Shown: positions 13,061 to 20,855 of the stretch, in pieces | Layout: each line of letters starts with the position of its first letter | How positions within the stretch are numbered: position 1 is the stretch's first letter | From: Nitrospiraceae bacterium | Lineage (GTDB): Bacteria > Nitrospirota > Nitrospiria > Nitrospirales > Nitrospiraceae | Assembly (NCBI GenBank): GCA_050246315.1 | Contig: JBFWWG010000008.1 | Span: 64,001 to 128,000, forward strand | Direction: 5' to 3' | Length of the DNA: 64,000 nucleotides | Notes under the pieces: model-generated | Seen by the model: only the letters and a program-made list of their open reading frames with translations | Databases searched by the model: none | What the model was told of the DNA's origin: nothing | Made by a program: the position numbers and the translations under genes

Positions 13061-14689
13061 CTACCTCCTCTTCACGGACTTCGAGTCTTGCGTCTTCGTA
13101 GCTCGAGACTTCGTCCGACGGGACATTGGAACAGCTCCGGAGACAGATGAGCGTGCGCCGCTCACCGGTTTGCCGCTCTCCGCAAGCATGCGACGCTTGG
13201 TGGCCCAGCCAGGACGGTTGACCTGAGAGGCCCGCCCGATGGCCAGCGCATTCGGCGGCACATCCTGCGTCACGGTCGTGCCAGCGGCGATCAGCGCACC
13301 GCGACCGATCCTCACGGGCGCGACGAGTTGCGTGTCACTGCCCACAAACACGTCGTTTTCGATGACGGTCTGATATTTCTTGACCCCATCGTAGTTACAC
13401 GTGATCGTGCCCGCGCCGATATTCACGCCCTTTCCGATGACCGCATCGCCGAGGTAACTGAGATGATTGGCCTTCGATCCCTCGCCGAGTTCGGCCTTCT
13501 TGATCTCGACGAAATTGCCGACTTTGGCCTGTCGGCGCACCACGGTGCCCGGTCGCAAATGCGCAAACGGTCCAAGATGGGCCTCATCCTCGACCTGCGA
13601 CTCGCGCAGCACGCAGGAATCCAGGATCTCCACCCGATCACCCACCACGCAATCGGTCAAGCGTGCGTGCGAGCGAATTACGCAATCCTCTCCAATCCGG
13701 GTCTGCCCCTCCAACGTCACATGGGGATACAGCACCGTATCGCGTCCCAGTCTCACATCGGCATCGATCCAGGTCGTCGCAGGATCCTTCATCGTCACGC
13801 CCGCCTCAAGCCAGGCGGCCCGAATCCGCTCGCGGATCGTCCGCTCCGCCTCGGCCAATTGCGCCCGCGTGTTGACGCCCAAGCCCTCGGCCGCCTCTTG
13901 AAGTTGCACCGCTGCGACAGGACGCCCCTGCGCGACCGCCAAGCCGACGATGTCGGTCAAGTAATACTCGCCCTGCGCATTCTGGGGACGGATCTGATCA
14001 AGAGCTTCGAACAGAAACGACCCCTCAACGACATAGGTTCCGACGTTGATTTCACGCAAAGCGGCTTCCGCCGGCGTCGCATCCCGATCCTCGACAATGC
14101 GCAGCACTGCCTGGTTCCGAAGAGACCTCGCTCCTTGCTCGAACTCGGCCCGAACTACCCGCCCATACCCGGTCGGATCATCCAAGACGGCGGTGAGCAG
14201 GGTCACGGTGGCCCCATCTTGGCGGTGCACACGGAGCAGTTCCTCGACCGTCTCCTTCGTCAAAAGGGGCGTGTCGCCGTTCAGAATCAAGAACGTTAAC
14301 GGCGTTGAACCCTGCGCGGAAACGAAGACCGGACACGCCTGCCGGACGGCATCCCCTGTGCCCAGTTGTTTTTCCTGCAACACGATATGCAGCGGCGGCC
14401 GGCCGGCCGGCCCTCGCGATTGCGCCTCCAACACGGCCCGCACCCGGTCGCCCTGATGCCCCACAACTACCGCGACACCCCGATCGCCGAACTGCCGGCC
14501 AAGTTCCACCGCATAGAGCACCATCGGCCGACCCGCAACGGGATGCAGAACCTTGACGACCTTCGACTGCATACGTTTGCCCAATCCGGCCGCCATGATG
14601 ATAACGCCGACCCGATCCGAGACACCCGACTCGTTCCGCAAGGCAATTGACGTCGCATCGAGAGGAGCAGACTGCGGGACTCGCTTCAT
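13061..14689 (-). CDS. glmU: Bifunctional UDP-GlcNAc pyrophosphorylase / GlcN-1-P acetyltransferase
   Basis: AAGLGKRM, GEYYLTD, hexapeptide repeats, NIGAGTITCNYDG. Confidence 0.96.
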   Translation of the reverse strand: MKRVPQSAPLDATSIALRNESGVSDRVGVIIMAAGLGKRMQSKVVKVLHPVAGRPMVLYAVELGRQFGDRGVAVVVGHQGDRVRAVLEAQSRGPAGRPPLHIVLQEKQLGTGDAVRQACPVFVSAQGSTPLTFLILNGDTPLLTKETVEELLRVHRQDGATVTLLTAVLDDPTGYGRVVRAEFEQGARSLRNQAVLRIVEDRDATPAEAALREINVGTYVVEGSFLFEALDQIRPQNAQGEYYLTDIVGLAVAQGRPVAAVQLQEAAEGLGVNTRAQLAEAERTIRERIRAAWLEAGVTMKDPATTWIDADVRLGRDTVLYPHVTLEGQTRIGEDCVIRSHARLTDCVVGDRVEILDSCVLRESQVEDEAHLGPFAHLRPGTVVRRQAKVGNFVEIKKAELGEGSKANHLSYLGDAVIGKGVNIGAGTITCNYDGVKKYQTVIENDVFVGSDTQLVAPVRIGRGALIAAGTTVTQDVPPNALAIGRASQVNRPGWATKRRMLAESGKPVSGARSSVSGAVPMSRRTKSRATKTQDSKSVKRR

Positions 14690-15360
14690 CCGATGGGCAC
14701 TCCAATCTCCGGTTGTCGCACCTTGGACCAGGCGCTCTCGTTGCCGGCGTGTGGGTTGGAGGGCTCCGGCGAATACAGCCCACCGGACACGATCAGCTTC
14801 ATCGCCTCTTCCACTGAAATATCGACCGGCGTGACATCTTTCTCCGGCACCAGGAGGAAATACCCCGACGTCGGGTTGGGCGAGGTGGGTACGTACACGT
14901 TCAACAAGGGTTCAGGCGTCACGCGCTGGGCGTCCCCCTGCGTCGTCCCCGTGACAAAGGCAAAACAATACTGGCCGTTCTTGGGAAATTGAATCAGCAC
15001 CACACGGTTGTATCGTCCCCGCTCGCCGACCGACAAGACGTCCATCATGGATTTGATCGTCGAATAGATCCCGCGTACGACGGGCACTCGGTTCAGCAGT
15101 CCCTCCCACCACTTGACAACCTGCCGTCCGATGACATTGGTCGTAAAAAGTCCGACGGCGAGAATCAGCAACACGAGCGTGACAATCCCTAAACCCGGAA
15201 CGTAGGACTGGGGCATCACCAATCGGACAACGACATCGCCCAATATCCCATCCACGGTGACGAATAACGTCTTGAGGATGAGGATCGTCCCCCAGATCGG
15301 TGTAATGACGAGGAGACCGGTCAAAAAGTAGCGTTTGATCGCGGCCTTAACTGGTTTCAT
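14686..15360 (-). CDS. DUF502 membrane protein
   Basis: YFLTGLLV..PTSPNPTSGY..VEEAMKLIVSGG. Confidence 0.88.
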   Translation of the reverse strand: MKPVKAAIKRYFLTGLLVITPIWGTILILKTLFVTVDGILGDVVVRLVMPQSYVPGLGIVTLVLLILAVGLFTTNVIGRQVVKWWEGLLNRVPVVRGIYSTIKSMMDVLSVGERGRYNRVVLIQFPKNGQYCFAFVTGTTQGDAQRVTPEPLLNVYVPTSPNPTSGYFLLVPEKDVTPVDISVEEAMKLIVSGGLYSPEPSNPHAGNESAWSKVRQPEIGVPIG

Positions 15361-15465
15361 CGGGATCAGCAGGATGACTGGTCATCATACCCAGATCGAA
15401 AGAGCCGTCGCAAGCCTTTTCTTGCTAATTTCAATGACTTGGACTAGGATGCCGGCCACTTTCCC

Positions 15466-16221
15466 GTGACCAAATCCAAACCCAAACCATCGCCCGGTTC
15501 CGTCCTCAGTCCTCGTCGCCGGCCGGGTCTCTTCATTTCCCTGGAAGGAATCGAAGGGAGTGGCAAAACGACCCAGTCGGCGAGGTTGGCCGACTGGCTG
15601 AGTCGAGAGGGATATGAGGTCATCCGGACGCGTGAGCCCGGAGGAACGCCGCTCGCCGAAGCCTTGCGTGACTCGTTATTGAACGCGACAGATGAACCGG
15701 TGGCCCCTTGGACGGAAGTCCTGCTGGTATTGGCCGCACGGGCGCAGCATGTCGCACAGGTGATTCGTCCGACGCTGCAACGAGGCGCCATCGTCCTGTG
15801 CGATCGGTATGTCGATTCCACCTTGGCCTATCAGGCCTATGGACGAGGCCTTCCCTCGGCGATGCTCTTGCGCCTGCATCGACAAGTCACCGATAATCTG
15901 ATGCCCGACCTGACCCTGCTGTTTGACGTGCCGGTGACGGTGGGGCTACGACGCCGTCGAGAGGATGGGACCAAGACCAACCGTTTGGACGAGGAGACCG
16001 GGCAGTTCCATGAACGTGTGCGGCATGGATTTCAGGCTCTCGCGCGGAAGTATCCGTCCCGCATACACGTGATCCCCTCCGGACGAAGCCCGGAGCGGAT
16101 TCACACGGATGTGAAACGTTTGCTGCTGGCCGTCCTGACTCGCAGGAAGGACGCACTGCGTAGACAGAGTCCGACTTCCACTCTTCCGCGACAATTGATG
16201 AGAGCGCATGCCGTTCGCTGA
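15466..16221 (+). CDS. tmk: Thymidylate kinase
   Basis: FISLEGIEGSGKTTQ, TREPGGT, DRYVDSTLAYQ. Confidence 0.95.
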   Translation: MTKSKPKPSPGSVLSPRRRPGLFISLEGIEGSGKTTQSARLADWLSREGYEVIRTREPGGTPLAEALRDSLLNATDEPVAPWTEVLLVLAARAQHVAQVIRPTLQRGAIVLCDRYVDSTLAYQAYGRGLPSAMLLRLHRQVTDNLMPDLTLLFDVPVTVGLRRRREDGTKTNRLDEETGQFHERVRHGFQALARKYPSRIHVIPSGRSPERIHTDVKRLLLAVLTRRKDALRRQSPTSTLPRQLMRAHAVR

Positions 16222-17251
16222 CGTCGTCGGACATGACCGGGCCAAGAGCCTGTTACGATCGGCCATACTCAACGAGCGCGTGGCCCACGCCTATCTGTTC
16301 CACGGTCCGGACCGGATTGGAAAGCGGCTGCTGGCGTTGCGATTCATGCAGGCCATGGCATGCGAGGCAACTTCACCATCCGATGAACCGGATGCCTGCG
16401 GCCGCTGCCGTTCCTGCCACCAGTTCGATCAGGGCACCCATCCGGACCTCTCCCTGATCCGGCCAGATCCCGAGCAATCGTCCCCACAGATCAAAATCGA
16501 GGACATCCGAGAGCTGGAAAGCCGCCTGATCTATCGCCCGTTGATCGCGCCGCGGAAGTTTTGCCTGATCGACGATGCGGACGCGATGAACCTCCCCGCC
16601 GCGAACGCCTTATTGAAAACCTTGGAAGAACCACCGGGGTATGGGCTGCTCATCCTCGTATCGAGCCGGCCCTACTCAATGCCGGCGACGATCCGCTCCC
16701 GTTGCCAGAGCCTGCGCTTGACCCCGCCGCCATTTGAGCAAAGCGTCCGCCACCTGATGAACATGCGTGGCTGGTCGGAGCCGGACGCCACCGTCCTGAC
16801 GAGCCGCACCGAAGGCCGGCTCGGAGAAGCGCTCATGACCGACCTCGCATCGATCCAAGAGCGACACGATAGTCTTGCGACGCTGCTGGCGCCGCACGCC
16901 TTGCGCTCCACCACGGCGACCCTGACCGCTGCAGAAGCGCTCTCAAAAGAGGACCGACTCAGCGACAGCCTGGATCGGCTTTCCCGATGGGTGCGCGACC
17001 TCGTCCTGGTGGGAATCGGCAGCCGCACGGAATCCTTGACCTATGCCTCGCATCGGCCGCTGCTGGAAACCATCGCCAAGCCAGCGGACAGCGATCGGCT
17101 GCTGGGGCTGCTGCAAGAGATTGACGCCATCCAACGAAACAGCACCCGTAACTTGAATGCTCAACTTGTGCTCGAACACCTCTTACTCCAGCTCCGCGAA
17201 GCCGTCGCCCCCGATCTGCGCACCCCGGTTCCGAGCCCGCGTCATGAATAA
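16208..17251 (+). CDS. holB: DNA polymerase III delta-prime subunit
   Basis: HAYLFHG, CGRCRSC, HPD, ANALLKTLEEP, TIRSRC; follows tmk. Confidence 0.95.
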   Translation: MPFADVVGHDRAKSLLRSAILNERVAHAYLFHGPDRIGKRLLALRFMQAMACEATSPSDEPDACGRCRSCHQFDQGTHPDLSLIRPDPEQSSPQIKIEDIRELESRLIYRPLIAPRKFCLIDDADAMNLPAANALLKTLEEPPGYGLLILVSSRPYSMPATIRSRCQSLRLTPPPFEQSVRHLMNMRGWSEPDATVLTSRTEGRLGEALMTDLASIQERHDSLATLLAPHALRSTTATLTAAEALSKEDRLSDSLDRLSRWVRDLVLVGIGSRTESLTYASHRPLLETIAKPADSDRLLGLLQEIDAIQRNSTRNLNAQLVLEHLLLQLREAVAPDLRTPVPSPRHE

Positions 17252-17379
17252 TGCGGGCGAGCGCCAGTGTGCGGTCGTCAAATCCCCGGCTGACTTCTCT
17301 TCGCTCCAAACCCGCTATCCATTCTCTGCCTTTCGAAGCGACCTCCGGAAAATCAATACTCATGCCCGACCCCGTTACA
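17065..17379 (+). repeat. 315-bp direct repeat, copy 1 (holB 3' end plus downstream DNA)
   Basis: Matches 18150-18464 (offset 1085); one mismatch seen by eye. Confidence 0.95.
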
Positions 17380-17450
17380 GTGACCCTGTGTTTCGGGCAA
17401 ATGCCCAGCAGGCTGATGACCGCCGCGAGCACGTGAGAACGAGCCGGTGG

Positions 17451-17689
17451 TCAGACGTAGAAATGAGGGCGCAAGTCATCTTCGGAGATGAATCGACTGG
17501 CTTGGCGAAAGATGGCGCGGAGCGTTCCAGGGTCTAACTCCGATGGAGCGGAATGGTCAAGACCTGGCGCGCGTCGGTCACTTCGCGGACAAGCTTGGCG
17601 TGGCTGCCCCGCTGGGAGGTTTGGCGAAAGCCGAAGCGGTGGGGAATGCTGAGGACGTCGTGGCCGCTGAGTCTACGAAGCTTGGGCAT
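17451..17689 (-). pseudogene. hicA: HicA-family toxin, frameshifted
   Basis: MPKLRRLSGHDV..QRGSHAKL..LTIPLH then a premature TAG. A shifted frame continues ELDPGTLRAIFRQASRFISEDDLRPHFYV*. The span is 239 nt, one base short of a full frame. Confidence 0.85.
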
Positions 17690-17918
17690 GCAGCGGGTCC
17701 AGCTCCATCGTCAAGACCACGGTGGGGTGCTCTCGCAGACCGAAGGTGGCGGGCGATTCTCCCTCCAGGTGCAAGGCGGTGGCCTCTTGGAGATTCTTGA
17801 CGGTTTCATCCAGCGTGCGCCCCTGAGTGACCACGGCCAGTTCGAGGCATTCTGCGACATAGCCGACGTCATCCCCGGGCCGAATGACGGCCTTGATGGT
17901 TTGTTGCAGCGGACTCAC
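17673..17918 (-). CDS. hicB: HicB-family antitoxin
   Basis: GYVAECLEL..VTQGRTLDETVKNLQEATALHLE; AGGAGG SD; overlaps the hicA start. Confidence 0.88.
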   Translation of the reverse strand: MSPLQQTIKAVIRPGDDVGYVAECLELAVVTQGRTLDETVKNLQEATALHLEGESPATFGLREHPTVVLTMELDPLHAQAS

Positions 17919-18073
17919 ACGACCTCCTTGGCGGCAATCTTAGGTGCGCAGAATACCGTGGCCGCTCTCTGGGCGCAAGCGACGGTTGGAGCCACCGGAT
18001 ATGCCCTGATCCGCCGCCATGCCTAGGAGTGAGTGCGCAGTCGTCAGATCCTGGCCGGCTGCCCCCCTCCCCA

Positions 18074-18142
18074 AGCGGGCATCCATTCCCTTCCTTTCGG
18101 AGCGGCCGTCTGTAAGTCAATACTCAGGCCTGACCCCGTTAC
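18074..18142 (+). repeat. 69-bp repeat ending CCTGACCCCGTTAC (variant b, copy 1)
   Basis: One mismatch to 18467-18535; diverged homologues end at 17378 and 18463. Confidence 0.9.
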
Positions 18143-18149
18143 TGTCGCA

Positions 18150-18464
18150 GGAAACCATCGCCAAGCGAGCGGACAGCGATCGGCTGCTGGGGCTGCTGCA
18201 AGAGATTGACGCCATCCAACGAAACAGCACCCGTAACTTGAATGCTCAACTTGTGCTCGAACACCTCTTACTCCAGCTCCGCGAAGCCGTCGCCCCCGAT
18301 CTGCGCACCCCGGTTCCGAGCCCGCGTCATGAATAATGCGGGCGAGCGCCAGTGTGCGGTCGTCAAATCCCCGGCTGACTTCTCTTCGCTCCAAACCCGC
18401 TATCCATTCTCTGCCTTTCGAAGCGACCTCCGGAAAATCAATACTCATGCCCGACCCCGTTACA
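18150..18464 (+). repeat. 315-bp direct repeat, copy 2 (duplicated holB C-terminal fragment)
   Basis: Re-encodes ETIAK..DSDRLLGLLQEIDAIQRN..SPRHE* of holB. Confidence 0.95.
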
Positions 18465-18466
18465 CG

Positions 18467-18535
18467 AGCGGGCATCCATTCCCTGCCTTTCGGAGCGGCC
18501 GTCTGTAAGTCAATACTCAGGCCTGACCCCGTTAC
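18467..18535 (+). repeat. 69-bp repeat ending CCTGACCCCGTTAC (variant b, copy 2)
   Basis: Near-identical to 18074-18142; supplies the stop codon of ORF 18532-18816. Confidence 0.9.
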
Positions 18536-18816
18536 GGATTGGCGATCATGAATTGCATGGCGGATTTCTTTGTGGAACTGGAAAGTGCCGGGGTTAAAAA
18601 CACAAGCAATAGCAGACCCGCCCACCATGTATAGAAGTACATGACTGCGAACGCAGCAGGTATCGAAAGAATCCACACCCAACTCCAGAACATGTGCGCC
18701 GCTTGATACCGCTTAGGCAACATTTTTGAGTTTGCGATTTGAAGAGCCTTTGAGCGATCCACGTCGACTTCCAGTTTTCCTTCGTTCCAAGACCGCACAA
18801 ATTCAGAATGCTCCAT
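18532..18816 (-). CDS. Integron cassette 3 ORF B, small membrane protein, probably C-terminally truncated
   Basis: Two hydrophobic segments; TAATG overlap with ORF A; its stop codon lies inside the repeat and no attC follows. Confidence 0.65.
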   Translation of the reverse strand: MEHSEFVRSWNEGKLEVDVDRSKALQIANSKMLPKRYQAAHMFWSWVWILSIPAAFAVMYFYTWWAGLLLLVFLTPALSSSTKKSAMQFMIANP

Positions 18817-19064
18817 TAGGCCTCCGTCACTTTCGAGCGGGCTTTGGCTTGTAATTTGTCGGAAAGCATCAGAAGGCCGATTCCGGGAGCCAATGTGATT
18901 ATCGTTACGACATAGTTGGCCACGTTAAATGGGCTCAGGAGGTCCTGAACGCCGGAAAATCCCTCCTTCATCCAGACCCCAACTATGCCCACCAAAATCA
19001 GGAGACCGGCCAACACAAGCCAGACATACCCAAGCACTTTGCATGTGATTGCCCAGAACTTCAT
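18816..19064 (-). CDS. Integron cassette 3 ORF A, small two-TM membrane protein
   Basis: ATG 19064 after an AAGGGAG SD, immediately after the attC2 R' box; MKFWAITCKVLGYVWLVLAGLLIL... Confidence 0.75.
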   Translation of the reverse strand: MKFWAITCKVLGYVWLVLAGLLILVGIVGVWMKEGFSGVQDLLSPFNVANYVVTIITLAPGIGLLMLSDKLQAKARSKVTEA

Positions 19065-19078
19065 TTCGACTCCCTTAG

Positions 19079-19147
19079 CCCTAACGTCTGAATTCACCGG
19101 CCTTGCGCGGCTTTATGCGCAAGGTCCGGTGGAATGATGGGTTGGGC
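19079..19147 (-). other. attC: attC site 2 (69 bp)
   Basis: Minus strand GCCCAAC CCATCATTCCACCGGACCTTGCGCATAAAGCCGCGCAAGGCCGGTGAATTCAGAC GTTAGGG: R''/R' boxes with an imperfect internal palindrome. Confidence 0.93.
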
Positions 19148-19933
19148 CTAGGTTGCATCAAGTACCCCAGCGGCCACGAGGTCTCTTTTGATCTCCAAGA
19201 GCTTTTCGGAGATGTTGTGAGTAAATCGCTTTTGAATAATTCCGCCAAAGTCTGAAAACAGCGATGTTCCTTCCTTGAGAAGAAGCATTGCACCCGACCG
19301 GTCAAGCCGACCACAGAACCACCCCAGTTCATAAATGACGTTGGGGCGAGCTTGAAGATAGACGTCCTTTCCCGAATTGACTTCATCATCCGGCGTGAAG
19401 ACTGCGATCGCGTAACTGCACGTTTTTGCGTAGTGCTCGAATTTCTCTACTACCGTCTTGCAGCCAGCGTCCGGCTGCTCCTGCAATACGATTGGGTTAA
19501 GACGGAACTCCGATTTCAAGATGTCTTTCAGTTCTCGCCATTTGGCTTCATCTCGGCCATGTATTACGAAAATATTTTCTCGACGGCGCAGTGCATCTTC
19601 GGCCTTCTTCCTAGCCATTAAGTCTGGGTTGCGGGTAAGGCGAGTGAGCGAGGCCCGAACAACTGAGAGAATGTTTTCAACACTCTTGTATGACGGAGAG
19701 CCAGTGAAGTTGGACACACCGTCGTTGAATTCGCCAACGATCTGAGCAGAGTAGGCATTGCTACCGAGAACGTCGTTGAATAGGTCTACAAGTTCCCGAA
19801 CGTACTGTCGAAACAGCGGATCGTCACCGCGACCGATGTGGATGCCATCACGGCTGCGCGTAAACCTGGAGAGTATTCCAGCGAGGTCGCCTTCATACCG
19901 CTTGAGTTCAGCAATGATTGTCTCACCGTCCAA
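19148..19933 (-). CDS. Integron cassette 2: TIR-like (Cap12/Pycsar-type, PF10137-like) domain protein
   Basis: IFVIHGRD..PIVLQEQ..TVVEKFE..AVFTPDD..QARPNVIYELGWF..SDFGGI; TTG 19933 after AGGAGG. Confidence 0.85.
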   Translation of the reverse strand: MDGETIIAELKRYEGDLAGILSRFTRSRDGIHIGRGDDPLFRQYVRELVDLFNDVLGSNAYSAQIVGEFNDGVSNFTGSPSYKSVENILSVVRASLTRLTRNPDLMARKKAEDALRRRENIFVIHGRDEAKWRELKDILKSEFRLNPIVLQEQPDAGCKTVVEKFEHYAKTCSYAIAVFTPDDEVNSGKDVYLQARPNVIYELGWFCGRLDRSGAMLLLKEGTSLFSDFGGIIQKRFTHNISEKLLEIKRDLVAAGVLDAT

Positions 19934-19948
19934 AGTGCTGCCTCCTAG

Positions 19949-20008
19949 GCCCAACGTTCCGCATCAGCCGCGCCGCTTCTTGGCGTCGGCTGCATGCGGC
20001 TGTTAGCT
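19949..20008 (-). other. attC: attC site 1 (60 bp)
   Basis: Minus strand AGCTAAC AGCCGCATGCAGCCGACGCCAAGAAGCGGCGCGGCTGATGCGGAAC GTTGGGC; the FRG ORF stop TAA lies in R''. Confidence 0.93.
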
Positions 20009-20743
20009 GACATCGTCTCCATACCTCATATGCTCGCCCCATTTGTAAAGCCAGGATTGGTATTCGGCGAGGCCATCAATGTCCGGAAACAAGGAGGCCT
20101 TGTGTATGCCGCACTTGTTCAAATTAAGCTTGAGGGTTAACGGGCCACGTCCGATTGTGATTCGCACAACGTTCTCCGGCTTGAAAGCATTCGCGGGATT
20201 CTTGTGTATGGTGAATAAACCGGTTTGAGCAGGTATCCGCGGGCTAATGTGTGGCGGGTAATACATCATCACATCGTCGAGGGCGTCGAGGTCGTTGTGT
20301 TTTTCAGGGGGCGCCAGTGGGACGTCTTTGACGGCGTAGATCATGGGCGGGACGGCGCGGTCACGCGCGTCTTCGACGGCAAAGTAAGCCGCAACAAAAA
20401 GGCTTTCGCTCCAGTCGAGCAGGCGGGTAAACATCCCGTGATGTTGTGCCAAAGCGAGCCACTCAAGCCGGTTGTCGGGAACATGCCTGACGTATGGTCC
20501 AGCGGCGCGCATGAAATGCCGCACCATTGTTTCCTCGGCGTTGCGGTCATAAAGAAGCTCGCCGCCGCTCAGGGCTTTGCGCGACCCCGGTCGACCGATC
20601 TTGGGAATGAGCTCGTAGTTGCTCTGACGCACTCCACGGAAGATCCAACTGCCGTCCTTACGAAAGGGCTGAACGAGGCTGGCCAGCTCCTCAAACGAGT
20701 TTATGGTTCGATCCTTCCGGATACTGATACCTATCTCCGCCAA
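20003..20743 (-). CDS. Integron cassette 1: FRG-domain protein
   Basis: WIFRG, QHHGMFTRLLDWS..AAYFA, SPRIPAQTGLFT, SLFPDIDG. Confidence 0.88.
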   Translation of the reverse strand: MAEIGISIRKDRTINSFEELASLVQPFRKDGSWIFRGVRQSNYELIPKIGRPGSRKALSGGELLYDRNAEETMVRHFMRAAGPYVRHVPDNRLEWLALAQHHGMFTRLLDWSESLFVAAYFAVEDARDRAVPPMIYAVKDVPLAPPEKHNDLDALDDVMMYYPPHISPRIPAQTGLFTIHKNPANAFKPENVVRITIGRGPLTLKLNLNKCGIHKASLFPDIDGLAEYQSWLYKWGEHMRYGDDVS

Positions 20744-20765
20744 GCCGCTCCCCCCGTTCGACTTT

Positions 20766-20790
20766 GATGTCAGCTAACTTGAAGTCGGCT
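20766..20790 (-). other. attI: attI recombination site (crossover GTT at 20778-20776)
   Basis: Minus strand GTTAGCTGACATC here is the exact 13-nt complement of GATGTCAGCTAAC at the end of cassette 1 (20002-20014), as expected for an integrated cassette. Confidence 0.8.
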
Positions 20791-20826
20791 CCCGAAATGG
20801 TGTAGTTGTAGACACCGTTGCGGCAC

Positions 20827-20855
20827 AAGTTAGCGAGAACCTCCTGCCATGTCAA
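20827..20855 (-). promoter_or_regulatory. Putative cassette promoter Pc
   Basis: TTGACA (20855-20850), 17-nt spacer, TAACTT (20832-20827); points at attI and overlaps the intI start codon. Confidence 0.65.

Noticed and set aside
13054..13061. glmS ribozyme
   Set aside because: glmS starts 6 nt after the glmU stop, leaving no room for a leader.
17380..18030. hicBA as an integron cassette
   Set aside because: No attC-like R''/R' hairpin found flanking it.
18019..18336. 105-aa ORF as a second holB
   Set aside because: It is a chimera of repeat DNA and the duplicated holB tail and lacks the AAA+ domain.
17065..18535. Repeats as a CRISPR array or a DGR template/variable pair
   Set aside because: Units are 69-315 bp with irregular spacing, there is no cas or reverse transcriptase gene, and the differences are not adenine-specific.
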